Source: Isurus oxyrinchus (taxonomy: Eukaryota). From it: a DNA stretch of 64,000 bases. The notes below the pieces were generated by a model. It was not told the DNA's origin, ran no database searches, and saw only the letters and a program-made list of their open reading frames with translations. Location: NCBI GenBank assembly GCA_026770705.1, contig JANJGN010000013.1, positions 98,642,001 to 98,706,000 of the forward strand, given 5' to 3'. Shown here in pieces: positions 22,433 through 35,673 of the stretch. A program made the position numbers and the translations under genes. Position 1 is the first letter of the stretch. Each line of letters opens with the position of its first letter.

Positions 22433-24261
22433 TGTTGTCTGAATACTCAGTCCTGTTATTCCAACATGTCCACAATTTAGTAGCACAGTACAAAAGGATG
22501 ACTAGTCAAATTGCTAAATCCAAAAATCCATTTGAGCATACAGCCAATATCTCATCATAAACACTCCAATGAAAAATGAATCATTTGAAGGTTATAATGA
22601 ACAATTTTTAAGTTCTCAAATTAACAGGAATGTAGCTCCATTCATTTGTTGACAAATCTTATTTAAAAAACAACTAATAATATCTTATGCTGGAGTATAT
22701 ACTAAAACCAACAATGTCTAAACTAAGACAGACAGTGAAAATCATTTACTCTGGGTACTTTCTTCAACTGAGTATATTAATTCCATTCCCATACCCTATA
22801 GATCACTCTCAGACCTCCAATAATTGCATCAATATTCATTTTTCAATTAGAAATTGATGTCGTTTTTATTTTTTTGCTTTATTTTTAATGATTAGTAACA
22901 ATGTTATTCCCTGTTTATTCTGATCATGTTGACTTTGTATTACCAGTGCCGAAATGAACAGGCGACACATATGTTTCTCTTCACTATTTTAACACAAGTA
23001 TAAAGTGGCATACAGAGGAGAATGCTACTTGCTTATTATTGTTATAGGCAACAATAACTGCCAGGCTTCTATCTCTGTAACGTGTTCTGAAATGAAATGT
23101 TTCTGCCAACCGCTATCGCTTTTGCAGTTAGTTACAAATTCTGCACCAAACAACTTGAAAGAAAGTGAATAGATAAAAGCTTCAGGCATCCTCAGATACC
23201 ACATTCAAAGTCACCATCCAGAATTCCCAGCATCACACATCATATTCTCCATGGACCACTCAGGTGATTCTCAACTGGGTACCTGCAAGAGAACAATCAG
23301 CCTGAGTTCCCGGCTGTAGCTTCACGATGGCAATAAAAAGTAAAGCAGTGACTGCCAAAAACCCAAAGTAACGAGAAAATGCTGGAATACACTGAGTTCT
23401 GATGCAGAGTCTGACCTTAAATATTGGCCTATCTTTCTGTTTGACTCACCTACTGTGTGTTTTCAGAATGTTCTGCTTTCATTTGTCAGCTTATGATAGG
23501 ATAAAACCTCTGGAATCACCAAACCACATATGTAGGTAACGCTCAACTTTATATTGCTGTGCAGTTCTACATATGTTTGTAGATGTTCAGCACATAAAAA
23601 TTTTCTTCATTTAATATAACTTTAAAATATGTAATAACATCAATTTGCCATTGCATAAATAGAACACAGGGTGATGTAATTTTTGTGAAGCTCATCAACT
23701 CAACTGGAGTAACACACATATGACTTCATCTCTCATGTCTTATATAATCAGATATGCTCACTGTATAAATATCACATGATATCAAGGCCTCTGGGATATC
23801 CCATAGTGAGTAACAGAAACGAAGGAAAGCAGTAAAACCGAAAGGAAAAGTGAGAGAAAACACCCAGATAGGAAAAATGAAAAACATAAGCGATGTTAAC
23901 AGAAAGAAAAATGAGGAAATTCAAATATCAAACTTAAGAAAGAGGGAAAGGCAAAAATGTATAGAAGAAAAAAAATGAATAAGAAAAAAGTAGAGCAATA
24001 TCTATAGATTTAAAAAATTATATCTAGGTGCACTCCCTGTGAATATTTCTCCATTCTAAAATCCTATGCCCTCATTCATAATGGAAACAGCATACGTAAA
24101 CTTATCATTTGGTAATTACATTCACCCACCCTGAAGAGGTGCTACAGCACTACCACTGGAAGAGGGTGTAATTATACCATGATAGGCAGTGTCAAAATCA
24201 GTCAGGAATTGACGTCCCAGTCATGGTCCACACGATTTTGGTGGATCACGTATACGTCAGT

Positions 24262-26386
24262 GGTAGAGGTATCAGTGGGACAGCATTTTGCAGATAGTGG
24301 TCATAACTCCATTAGATTCAAGGTTGTTATGGAAAAGGACAAGGATGGGCCAGATATCAGAGTTCTAAACTGGGAGAAGGCTGATTTTAAAAAGATCAGA
24401 TATGATTTGGCCAGAGTGGACTGGGAGCAGCTCCTTTTAGGTAAATCTGCGGTCAGAGCAGTGGGACTCATTCAAGGATGAAATAGGGAGAGTACAAGGC
24501 CAACGTATTCCAGTAAAGACAAAGGGTGGGATCAACAAATCCACGGAACCCCAGATGTCGAGAGATATACAGGATTGGATAAAGAGAAAAAAGGAGGCTT
24601 ATGGCAGATACCAAGAGCTCAAAACAGCAGAAGTGGAAGAAGTACATTAAGAGTAAGAGGATAACTAGGGAAAGAGTGGGGCCCGTTAAGGACCATTGTG
24701 GTAATTTGTGTGTGGAGCCAGAAGACATAGGTAGAGTTTTAATGAATACTTTGTGTTGGTGTTCACAAATGACAGGGATGACGTGGGTATGGAAATCAGG
24801 CAGAAGGATTGTGATATAATTAAAGAAATTAGCATAGAAAGGGAGGAAGTTCTAAGTGGTCTGGCAGGCTTAAAAGTAGGTAAATCTCCAGGCCTGGATG
24901 AAATGTATTCTAGACTGTTGAGTGAAGCAAGGGAGGAGGTAGTAGGGGCACTTGCAATAATTTTCAATACCTCTCTGGCCACAGGAGAAGTGCCAGAGGA
25001 CTGCACGACAGCCAATGTGGTACCGTTATTCAGGAAGGGAGGAAGAGGTAAACCAGGGAACTACAGGCCAGTCTAACCTCAGTGGTGAGGAAACTATTGG
25101 AAGAAATTCTGAGGAACAGAGTTAATCTACACTTGGAGAGGCAGGGATTAATCAAGAAAAGTCAGCATGGTTTTGTTAAGGGGAGGTCATGTCTGACCAA
25201 CTTGATTGAATTTTTCAAAGAGGTGATCAGGGGTGTAGGTGAGGGCAATGCATTTGACGTAGTCTACTTGGACTTCAGCAAAGCTTTTGATAAGGTCCCA
25301 CATGGGAGACTGATAACGAAGCTAAGAGCCCATAGGATCCAAGGCAATTTTGCAAATTGGATCCAGAATTGGCTGAGTGACAGGAAGCAGAGGGTGATGG
25401 TTGAGGGGTGCTTTTGTGACTGGATGCCTGTGTCCAGTGGGATTCCACAAGGATTAGTGTTGGGTCCCTTGCTGTTTGTAGGAGGGTTGATCAATAAGTT
25501 CGCAGATGGCATGAAAATTATATAGACGGATATAGACGGGCTGGTCAGATGGGCTGGTCAGGGGCAAATGGAATTTAATCCAGATAAGTGTGAGGTGACG
25601 CACTTGGACTGGACAAACAAGGCACGAAAATACATGATGAATGTTAGGACGTTGGGAAGTACCAAGGATCAGAGGGACCTTGGTCTGCATGTCCACCATT
25701 CCCTTAAGGTAGCAGGACAGGTAGATAAGGTGGTTAAGAAGGCATATGGGATACTTGCCTTTATTAGCCGAGGCATAGAATATAAGAGCAGGGAGGTTAT
25801 GCTGGAACTGTATAAAACGCTGGTTAGGCCACGGCAAGAGTATTGTGTGCAGTTCTGGAATCTGTATTATAGGAAGGATGTGATTGCACTGGAGATAGTG
25901 CAGAGAAGATTTACCAGGATGTTGCCTGGGCTGGAGAGTTTTAGTTATGAGAAGAGATTGGATAGACTGGGGTTATTTTCCCTGGAGCAGAGGAGATTGA
26001 GGGGGGACATGATTGATGTGTATAAAATTAACAGGGCCATAGATAGGGTAGACAGGAAGGAACTTTTCCCCTTGGTGGAGGGATCAATAACCAGGGGGCA
26101 TAGATTTAAGGTAAGGGGCAGGAGGCTTAGAGGGGATGTGAGGAAGAATTTTTGCACCCAGAGGGTGGTGGGAATCTGAAACTCACTGCCTGAAAGAGCG
26201 GTGGAGGCAGAAAACCTCATAACATTTTAGAAGTATTTAGATGTGCACTTGCAATGCCATGGCATACAAGGCTATGGGCCTAGTGCTGGAAAATGGGATT
26301 AGAATAATTAGGTACTTGTTTGACAGGCACAGACTCAATGGGCCAAAGGACCTTTTTCTGTGCTGTCGACCTATATGACTCTATGA
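24262..26386 (+). mobile_element. CR1 LINE, 5'-truncated ORF2 (end of EN + RT) and 3' tail
   Basis: ORFs 24753-25076 (KSPGLD..PGNYRPV), 25082-25525 (QHGF..YLDFSKAFDKV..PQG..FAD), 25568-26179. Tail ctatatgactctatga. Confidence 0.95.
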
Positions 26387-28029
26387 ATTTCTCTCAGCCG
26401 TCTTCAAACTCTAGGTGCGGCATGCAAGTCTGTATGGTTTCTGGCTGAGCCCTCCTGTCAAGTTGGCCAATTCTTCAGTTCAACCCTTCCTCACCAAGCT
26501 GGGCAAACCAAGTTCTGCCTTAGTGACAAGCTTACCAGAGGCAGTTCCCATTATAATGGTGTTTACATGAATTTAATATAGAAGTAAAAGAATAAGGACA
26601 GAATATTTGATATTATCAATTGAGAATTGAATTACATTTTTGTACCCTGGTCCAGTAATTCGGTGCCCTCTGATCCAGCTTCATTTGGAAAATTGATTAA
26701 TCATTATGAGTATCCTAGTGTGTTGATATTTTTCCGTGCAAATAAGAAGGTACCAGTAAAAGTACTGAATACTTTAGCTGTTTCCACCTCTTATATGCAT
26801 ACTTATATGGTAAAATATATAGCCGAGGCATAGAATATAAAACAAAAATACAGGAAAAAATAAATGAGGAAGGCAAATGTCATCATGATATGAGAGCACA
26901 AACATTTATTTTGCTTTGCATGATAAAAAGTACTATTCTTATTCCAACTTGACTACTTGGCTTACAAGATTCACAATAAGTGAATTACACAAACTATTCA
27001 CTGCAAACTCAGTGGCCATATTTTTATATGTCCATGTGGAACAATATAACTGAATACTTAATAATAATCTGAAACGTATATTCCATTGGTAGTGCATAAA
27101 CTGTAATTAATGACCTTTTTCATGAAGTGAGAACTTTCACATACAAATTATATTTGCTTAGTTTATTTCTGGGTCTACTAAAAAAGTCTATTTGCCAACA
27201 CAATCTGCTTTTATATTTTTGTCATTCTACATGTGAAATGAATAAAATGAAAAGAGTCTACACTTGGTGCTAGTCATATGCTATTGATGGGTGCTTGTTT
27301 ATCCATGAAATTCATGTAATTATTTGGGGCATCATGCTTTTTCTAGAACCATTTATATTTTTATTATTTGTTTGCAGTATAATGATTGTTTTAAAAATAT
27401 ACTCCTTATCATGTACTGTGACTTTCAGATGAACTATAATTGGTGTGCTTATGAAAATGTTCAAAATACTAAAATAATTAATATAACAAGTATAGTTCAA
27501 AACTTATAAAGTATTTTTATATTTAACTTTCAAAAAGATGGACACTTTTAAAACTTACTCTAATCCATAAACTGTAGTCAAATGGAATAGAGAATAATAT
27601 GAAGTAACAATGAGAGCTTCCTGCTGAATAATGTATTTATGTGGTTGCTTGGCATCGCAGTGTGCTGATTCACTAATGCAAATTACCATAGAGTAGTTGG
27701 GTTACCCTTCTATGGTGAGTTGGCAATTGAGCCTGAATGCTAGACAGAGGCAGCAAGCACATTTTATTTGCTACAGGAAGAAATGGAAAACTGTACGTAG
27801 ACAAGCTGTGCAACTGATACATCTCCAAGCAACAGACACATGCAACAATAGCCATTAAACCAAGATTGGGTCATAAGCTGGCATTACAAGGGAACTTATA
27901 TATTATATTTTAATAAGGTGTTTATGTTGATTTCATTTTTGGCACTGAATAAGTACCAATATGTTGACTTATATAATATATTTTAAAGTAAGTTAAGAAT
28001 TCAGGTATGTCATTACTTGGGCGCCGAGG

Positions 28030-28715
28030 GCATGATTTGTGACCTGCTCCACTGTTTCTGTTGGAGGTAGGCAGCAGGCAAATTTGGTGTTGTCACCTCA
28101 TTTACATGATAGTGGCATTATGCTGAGCTCTAAACAAGAGTCATGAGGACTTGAAACGTTAATTCTGTTTCTCCCTCTACAGATGCTGCCAGACCTGCTG
28201 AGCTTTTCCAGCATTTTCTGTTTTTATTTCAGATTTCCAGCATCCACAGTATTTTGCTTTTAATTTGTGCTGAGCGGCTCCTGGCTGCTGGTTGCCTCGG
28301 TGCATTATCATCTGCCTCTTTACTGTGTAGGCAGCCAAATGGCATTGCACTGAGAGCCAAATTTCTATTGTTAAAGGCAGCCTGCCCCTCTTAAAAGAGA
28401 AGCTGCACTGAATTACAGGAGGTTGTTGCTGAACACAGCTGGTGAAACAAGAAAAATGGGACACAAGGGCAGAGAGAGGGTCCCAGGGTCACTGATGAGA
28501 CACTGCAGGCTTTAGTGATGCAGGTGAATTGAGCTCTGCTGGACTTTAGTACCAGTAAGCCAGGCCAGCCAAAATTCCACTGTTGTTTGGGGGAGGGGTA
28601 GGGAAGGAGGTGGAAGGATATATCATATATCTGCTCACGCCTCATCCCCCCACTTCCTGCAAAATCATGCAAGCCTACTTGAGGTGAACCCTAGACTATC
28701 CCTGAAATTCCGCTC
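28030..28715. mobile_element. Harbinger-derived non-autonomous element with Myb 5' remnant
   Basis: TIR-like gggcatgattt and gaaattccgctc. 28471-28527 encodes RERVPRVTDETLQALVMQV, like the Myb protein N-terminus. Confidence 0.5.
28132..28260 (+). mobile_element. Mini-PLE 3'-end insertion
   Basis: gagtcatgaggacttgaaacgttaa..gatgctgccagacctgctgag..gatttccagcatccacagtattttgc. Confidence 0.82.
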
Positions 28716-29024
28716 CTTACACCATCACCAGTCTCACTGAAACTCTCAACAGTTAAGAACTGACTCTTAGTCAGTTAGTGTTAAAAGAAACCTTCCCCGG
28801 GTGCAACAAAAGGCCTAAAAAAATCAGTAGGACAAGTTAATGGAATCAATTTCTAGCAATAAATGTTTCTCTAGTTCCATGAAAAACTAAGTTTCAAGTT
28901 CTTAACTTTCATTTGGCTTTTTCCATATTTAATTTACATGTGACAAAGGCATAGTACCAATCCAACAATGCTGAAAGCAGATTGGGAGTGGTTGCATTGC
29001 AAACCCTGCATACCAGGGTTTGCA

Positions 29025-29731
29025 ACAACATCAACAACAACTTATATAGAATGTCTAACGTAATAAAATGTCCCAAGGTGATTCACAAGGGCGCTAACGA
29101 GCAAGATATACAGCAAAGGCAGCATTACCCCACGCACCCCCCCCCCCCCTCCCCCCCCACCCCTCGCCCCTGTCGGGTGTCAGTGGGCAGATTTCTGATC
29201 AGCGCCCCCAGTTGGGGGAGCATCGCCATTTTTGCCATGTGCTCCCTGTGCGGGCCAGCGGTGGGGGGGATGGGGTATCCCCTGAGCTGGGAGTGCGCTC
29301 TTTCGCACACGCGCACAGAAGAGCGCACAGATCTCCCTGGGGCAGAGTGCTGCCTCAGGAAGCTCAGCTCAAGTTTGGAAACTTTATTTAGAGGAGAAAA
29401 AAAAATATCCTTGACATGTCCCCTCAATTACTTTTATTAAAAAATTTTATATACATTTTAAATTCTTCATGAAACCTCATCCAGGCCGTGGATGAGGTTT
29501 TATGTTTTTTCTGAAGGGCGCCTGGTCTCTGCAACCTCAAGGTTGGACGGGCAGGTCCATTAATTGGGTTAATTACCTTTTTTAAAGGCCTTAAGTGGCC
29601 GTTGACAGTTCGGCAGGCACGCAGCTGACTCGGCTGCATTACCGCTGAACTGAAAATCTAAATGACGCGCGGTGATATTGTGACACACGCCCGATGTCAC
29701 CACGCGTCATTTACGTGTCAGCAAGCGGGCA

Positions 29732-29762
<31 letters not shown>

Positions 29763-30496
29763 CGCCCACCCGCTCGCATACGGGAAAATGCTGCCCCAAG
29801 TCACATCAGGACATATTTGGACAAATGACCAAAAGATTGGTCAAAGAGCTAGGTTTTAAGAAGTATCTTAAAAGATGAAAGAGAGCTAGGTAGAGAGATG
29901 GAGAGGTTTCCGGAGGATTGGGGGGGGTGATGGTGGTATTCCAGGTTTTAGAGCTTTGGTAGTTAAAGGGACAGCCAACAATGCTGAAGCGATTAAAATC
30001 GGGGATGTACAAGGGACCTGAATTAGAATGGAGCAGATATCTGAGGGTTGTAGGGCTGAAGGAGATTACAGAGATGCCAAGAAGGAAGGGATTTGAAAAC
30101 AAGGATAAGAATTTTAAAATTGAGATATTGTTTAACCGTGCGCCAGTGCAAGACAGCACGCATACAAGGTGATGGGTGAATGGGGCATTTGCTAGTTAGG
30201 ACATGGACACTAGAATTTTGAATGACCTCAAGGTGGCAAAGGTGGAAGATGGAAGGCTAAACAGGAGTGCTTTGGAATAGACAAGTCTAGAGTTAATAAA
30301 GGTATAGATAAGGGTTTCAGCAGAGGATAAGGGAGATAGGGTGGAGTCAGGTCAAGTGATATTCGGGAGGTCATAATGATGGCACACAGGTATGTGGTCA
30401 GAAACTCAAATATGACACCAACATTCTGCAAAATTTGATGCAGCCTTAGACAGGAAGAGGGATAGTGTTGGTGGCCAGTGAACAGAGTTTGTGGCA
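29025..30496 (-). mobile_element. L2 LINE 3' part (hosts a MITE and abuts a mini-PLE)
   Basis: L2-type tail aacaacaacttatata..aatgtcccaagg..tcacaag. ORF 29806-30159 (LKFLSLFSNPF..LHSNSGPLYIP..FNYQSSKTWN). Confidence 0.7.
29117..29796. mobile_element. Harbinger MITE
   Basis: TIRs aggcagcatt and aatgctgccc. 3-bp TSD caa. Homologous in reverse orientation to 51539-52189. Confidence 0.88.
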
Positions 30497-30630
30497 AAAA
30501 CAAAAACAAAACAAAACTGCGGATGCTGGAAATCCAAAACAAAAACAGAATTACCTGGAAAAACTCAGCAGGTCTGGCAGCATCGGCGGAGAAGAAAAGA
30601 GCCGATGCTTCGAGTCCTCATGACCCTTCG
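30497..30630 (-). mobile_element. Mini-PLE 3'-end insertion
   Basis: Matches 8073-8196. Duplication acagagtttgtggca at 30482-30496 and 30631-30645, of which acaga is also element sequence. Confidence 0.92.
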
Positions 30631-31320
30631 ACAGAGTTTGTGGCAGCCTGCCTCACCTAAATGACCATATTCCCAGGATTTGAGATGTAGCCTGCAGTCA
30701 GAATTCTGTTCTGATATGCTTGTACCAACAACATGGGACCTTCCCCCCAGAATTCCAGATGGAGAATTACTTCACCCAACAATTACTCCATGGCCACAGT
30801 AAACTACAGTTTCCCCTTAACAACACAGGGTTATAACGCTGCTTCCCTTATAATGCAGGAGATCATTCCAAATTACTATCAGCAAGGCCACTTAAGATCC
30901 ACAGAGGCCCTGAAATTCTGCAAAAGGCGTTCTCAGTCTCTCACCATAACTCCAGCAGGAGAACAGTATAAGATCTAGAGAAACGGTGTTAATATCCGAA
31001 GACATTCCTTCGTGCTGTTTACCAAGATAGGAGCCTGGAAGAACCTGCACAGAATTTCCAGCCCAATAGGTCGAGATTTCTAGGTCACACTTTCTTTGAA
31101 CGTATAAAGTGACAAATGCAATATTTTGGAATGTACGAAAATTTTACCCAACAAGAGAAAATACGTCAACTGACATCGGAGTCAAAATCTCTATAACCTC
31201 TGACTGATTTTAGCAATAACGCTTAAAAACAAGAGTCAAAGTTAAGAAATGCAACCTGAAAATCAATTAAACTCTGACCTTGCCCAGTTTACTTAACAAC
31301 AATAAAATTCATTTTAAAAA

Positions 31321-32220
31321 TGCAAAATACTGTGGGTGCTGAAAACCTGAAATAAAAACAGATTTTTATTGGAAATACTGGAAGTGCTCAGCTGGTCTGG
31401 CAGCATCTGTGAAGACAGAAGCGGGGTGAACTTTTCAGGTCAAGGGAAGTCTTCAGTTCTGAAAAAGGATCTTCACCTGAAACATTGGGCAGAATTTTCA
31501 GGTTGGCAGGCGGCCGCGACCGGCAGGCCCGGGAGTGGCCGGGGAACAGAACGCTAACCGCAATCTCACCTTGACCACGATTTCATGCTGGCCGGCCAAT
31601 TAACGTCACACTGAAAGGCTCAATGCTGCCGGGGTGGGGGCGGGGTGAGTGCCAGCGCTTAAGTCAGCACGGGTGCAGGGGAGCCCGGAAGGAAAGCTCC
31701 CTGAAGGCTGAGAGCTGCCTCAGGGAGCTGATGAATTTAAAATCAATAAAAACAGAATTTTAAATCAGGAAAAAATGCCCACGTGTCAGAATGAGACACC
31801 TCAACATACGGATGATGAAAATTTGTTCAAAACATTCTTACCTTTTTTAAAAATTAATCACGGAAACTTCATCCTCATCCCACCCTTGGATGAGGTTTCC
31901 TCAAAAATGCAAAGCCCGCCTGGCCGATTTGCCCACCTGCCAACCGTAAGCTTGAACGGGTAGAGGAAAATTGCCATCACTTGCTACTTTAATGGCATTA
32001 ACATGCCTCTTAATTGTCAGCGGGCACGCTGCCTACTCTTGGGCAGGCCAAATGCGCGATGACGTGGGGAAGCCTGCCCGACGTCGTCATGCACTATTTC
32101 ACTTTCGAGTGTCTGGCGCACACCCGTGTGCTGTGTGAAAAATTCTACCCATTAACTCTGGTACTCTCTCCACAGATGCTGCCACACCTGCTGAGTATTT
32201 CTAGCATCTTCTGTTGTTGT
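31321..32220. mobile_element. Inverted pair of PLE 3' ends, right arm split by a MITE
   Basis: 31321-31456 is a minus-strand end. 31459-31486 plus 32151-32220 is a plus-strand end (ctgaaaaaggatcttcacctgaaacatt|aactctg..gatgctgccacacctgctgag). Confidence 0.75.
31487..32150. mobile_element. Harbinger MITE
   Basis: TIRs gggcagaatttt and aaaattctaccc. 3-bp TSD att. Confidence 0.9.
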
Positions 32221-35200
32221 TCGAGGAAATGTTGTTGGAGAATAGGACATTTTTTTTCCCAATTTGAATATCCAAGATTAGCATCAGGTATTCACATAAT
32301 CAGGTACAAGACATGCACGTGCAACTTATAGCTCTCTCTTTTCTCTTAGTCACCAATCTGCCTCAACATCAAGGCATACTGCACCATTGTGAACTTCTCA
32401 TTTCCCGCAATTAATGCTTCTGTCCTATCTCAGTGACATTGCCAATTTAGCAACAAATAAATAAAGCTTTGTGCTGCGGGCCACCACCCTTCATCTACCA
32501 ATAGGAATAGGCAATCCATTTAACACTGTGCCTGGTTTTCATGCTCAATAACTTAAATAGCAACAAAAATTGTGGTGGGTGAAAAGCAGATGGCTCATCC
32601 ATTACTGCCCACCGGCAAAAGTGAAAGTTCACTCCATTAGGAACTACATTAACACAGCCCAAACTCCTGGCACCTCAGGCCCTTTTGGCTAACCGACAAG
32701 AGGTACCACTTCAAGGATAGCGTACAAATTAAAAAGCCCAAACACCATCCAGTCCTACACATAACTAGGATCCTATGCAGATCAGGAGCTAGTAAACACT
32801 TTTCTTGAAGATAAATGCTGCACTAAAATGGAACATTCTTCATATAATTCTGCTATCAATTAAAATTTAATTCTCTGAATAAAACATGACAATTGCTCAT
32901 GCCACTCAATACATAAAATATGAATTCATATGCTCTGCCAATAACATTTTGAACAAATGTTCACAAATAACGAAATACAAATGAACCCAGCACATCATTA
33001 ATGAAAAGTACAATCTTTAAGATGTCTGTGCATAAGAAACAAATAGAGATAACACCAAGCAAAATAAGATGACAGTAGGGGATGTTTTTTCCTTGGCCAC
33101 TACATATCTGCACCATTGTAATGAAACAGGAATATTTCCTCTGATTACTATTTCTAGCAAAATTGAAAACATGTTATCTGAGAATGTATTTATGCTTTTG
33201 CTAGAATTGGTGATCAGAAAAAATCTTCCTGCTGTGTTTATGAGGTCGCGATCACACAGCAACCAAAGAAAATCTTTACCCTGTAATGCTGAAACAGTCA
33301 GCCACCTGAATTCATTTGATCTTTGAGGCTGCTGACATATGTATGCTGTTGAATGGTAAAGAGCTGTAAATAACAGATACAAACATTCATTTTAAACAGA
33401 TTTACTGCAAGCCAAATTAAATTTATCTTAAGGACCCATGGGGTGCAGAAGAGGGTGATATCAAGGGAAGACCCATAAATTATGAGCCAAAACACCCTTA
33501 TTAATTTAAGAAAAACTGAGTGGCACTGATGCTGGTGACTCTCACTTCAGCTGTTTTGAAATTGGGAATTCATTTTTGTTAAATAAGGGCATCATTTCTG
33601 ATGGTGTAATCACCCCCACGTGGTTGCACATTCCATATCATATATATGTGTTTGCAAAACATTCTCAGGTGTTTTTTGAAAATTCTCTATGGAATAGATC
33701 ATTATAATTAATGGTTAAGTTATTTTATAAAATTTCCATGTACTTAAAGCTGGAGAAAACTTTAAATGTAATATCAAGATCACAGAGATCGTGAGCTATT
33801 TACAAACTTGATGTGAAAAATCTTCGAATTAACATTGTGTGATCAAAATTAGAAAATAACAGATTGTGAGGCCTAAGGCAACAGAACACTACCTGCCAAT
33901 CAAAGTAATGTCACCCAGTAAAGCAGCTTCTTCTATAATAAGCTCACACTGAAGTCAGCATGATGGCTCTTTGTTGATCCTTACAATAAACCCAGTGATT
34001 ATCTGTACATTAAATGCCAAAACAGCTGCAAAAGAATGAAAGGTCCTGTACATCTGTCATGGATGTAGATAATATGTACTTTGAGAAATGTTTTAACTTC
34101 ACAATGCCCTGTGATTCTTAATGAAATCAACGATACTCTTGTTAAATTTGTATTTTTTTTTACTTTTTAAACAAAGCAATTTTTTTTTTAAAATGGTAAA
34201 AAAAACTAACCTTTGATCGCCTGTAGCAGTGAGCCACTCACAAGAGACAAGTGTTTGTCCATTTGAAGATATGGGTGTTCTCAATATCAGTGCAGAATCT
34301 GGTAAAAATCCTTCCATATCACAAGATTTGTTTTAAATGGTTATAGATTTGGGGTAGTTAGAAGCCAGTCCCTAACTTATAATGTTGTCCAAAAGTCCAC
34401 TTCCTCTAAATATTTTCACAAGATAAAGGATGAGTCATAGCAAGTATCAAATCCAGAATGATTTGTAATCATCTAAAATCTGTTCCCAGTTCAAAAAACT
34501 TTTGTTTTGTCGTTTCTTTGTCTGTGGTGGTGTCAATTTTTATTACTTCACAGTTCGTGTGTTTAACTTCTGGTACTGAATCCCAATCTTCATTTGTTCT
34601 CAGATAACCCAGTTCTGCAGATTTACTGTTCAGGATAAATATGCACAGATTTTAAAATCATTATTTTACAGCAATAATATAAAACAATGCATTCATTTAG
34701 GTCATTACAAACATGATCAAGGGGATCCTCAAGTAAATTCCTTTGGATCTTTGCGTACAGTAGCTGATTTGCAACACGTTAAGTGGACTTACAATATACT
34801 TTGACAGCTCTACCAGCAAAGAGAGAGTCAGGTACTTCTCCAAATGTGGAAAATATGTACAAAAAGCTGGAGTTGCTGATTTCAATCTCCAGTAATATGA
34901 AGTAAATAAGAGAAGCTCCAATTATCTAAACATACTGTTCGGTAATTCTTGTATGATCTTCGAATTTTATTTCATGAAGACATTGAAAAACTATACTGTG
35001 AACATAAAAGTACTCTAATGTTGTCTTCATTACCAAAGGACCCTTCAAACCAACTGTTGGATATTTTTCTCCCTCTCTCTGAAGGTAATTACACTGCAAA
35101 TAATACAAAAGCTGTTGCGAACCTTCATCACTACAGGTGTTTTCTCCGTGTTTAAATCGTTTCCCGCCCATCCCATTGACTTGCCACTTCATCAAAAAAA

Positions 35201-35604
35201 ACACAAAACGTTAAAGAAATAAAGCAGAAAACAAAAGATTAAACAGTCCACGATCTTTCTTCTTCACAGCAAAAGTTAAACCGAGCTACTCCACACCTTC
35301 CTTCACATAACAATTCAAAAATACTTAGGGAATTTGAAGACCTCACATTTGTTTCCAATTTACATAAAGGCACAACAAATACAACACGGAATTGTTCGAA
35401 CTATGTACATGCTGTCCTATTGGGCACCTGGACAAAACTGATAAAGAGTTGTCTCATCAACATATTTTCCCCCCAATTTAAGAAACGGCGCCAAAGTGTG
35501 CACCTGGAATTTTTCTTTAGTCTGGTAAAGAATGATGTATAAAATTTGCAGTTTCTTCCCGCCTAACTAATCTAACCTCTGTGGTTTGTACAAATGATGT
35601 GTGT

Positions 35605-35610
35605 TTTATT
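35605..35610 (-). terminator. Candidate proximal polyadenylation signal of KCNA5
   Basis: AATAAA on the minus strand about 65 nt after the stop. Further candidates at 34966-34971 and 34539-34544. Confidence 0.3.
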
Positions 35611-35673
35611 TTAAAGCATGTCCTTCTACACGGAGCGGTCTAAGGTGGAAAGTTGAAGCGCCCTGAGGTCGGG

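Noticed and set aside
2080-30645. Recurring 130-bp sequence as a CRISPR-like or conserved small-protein repeat (LRMLEIQNKNRITWKNSAG)
   Set aside because: Dispersed, in both orientations, with TSDs and identical to the PLE 3' end; not a repeat-spacer array or a gene.
35053-35140. Possible hammerhead in the KCNA5 3' region (gtgatgaaggttcgc on the minus strand)
   Set aside because: Lacks CTGA, GAAA and closing stems.
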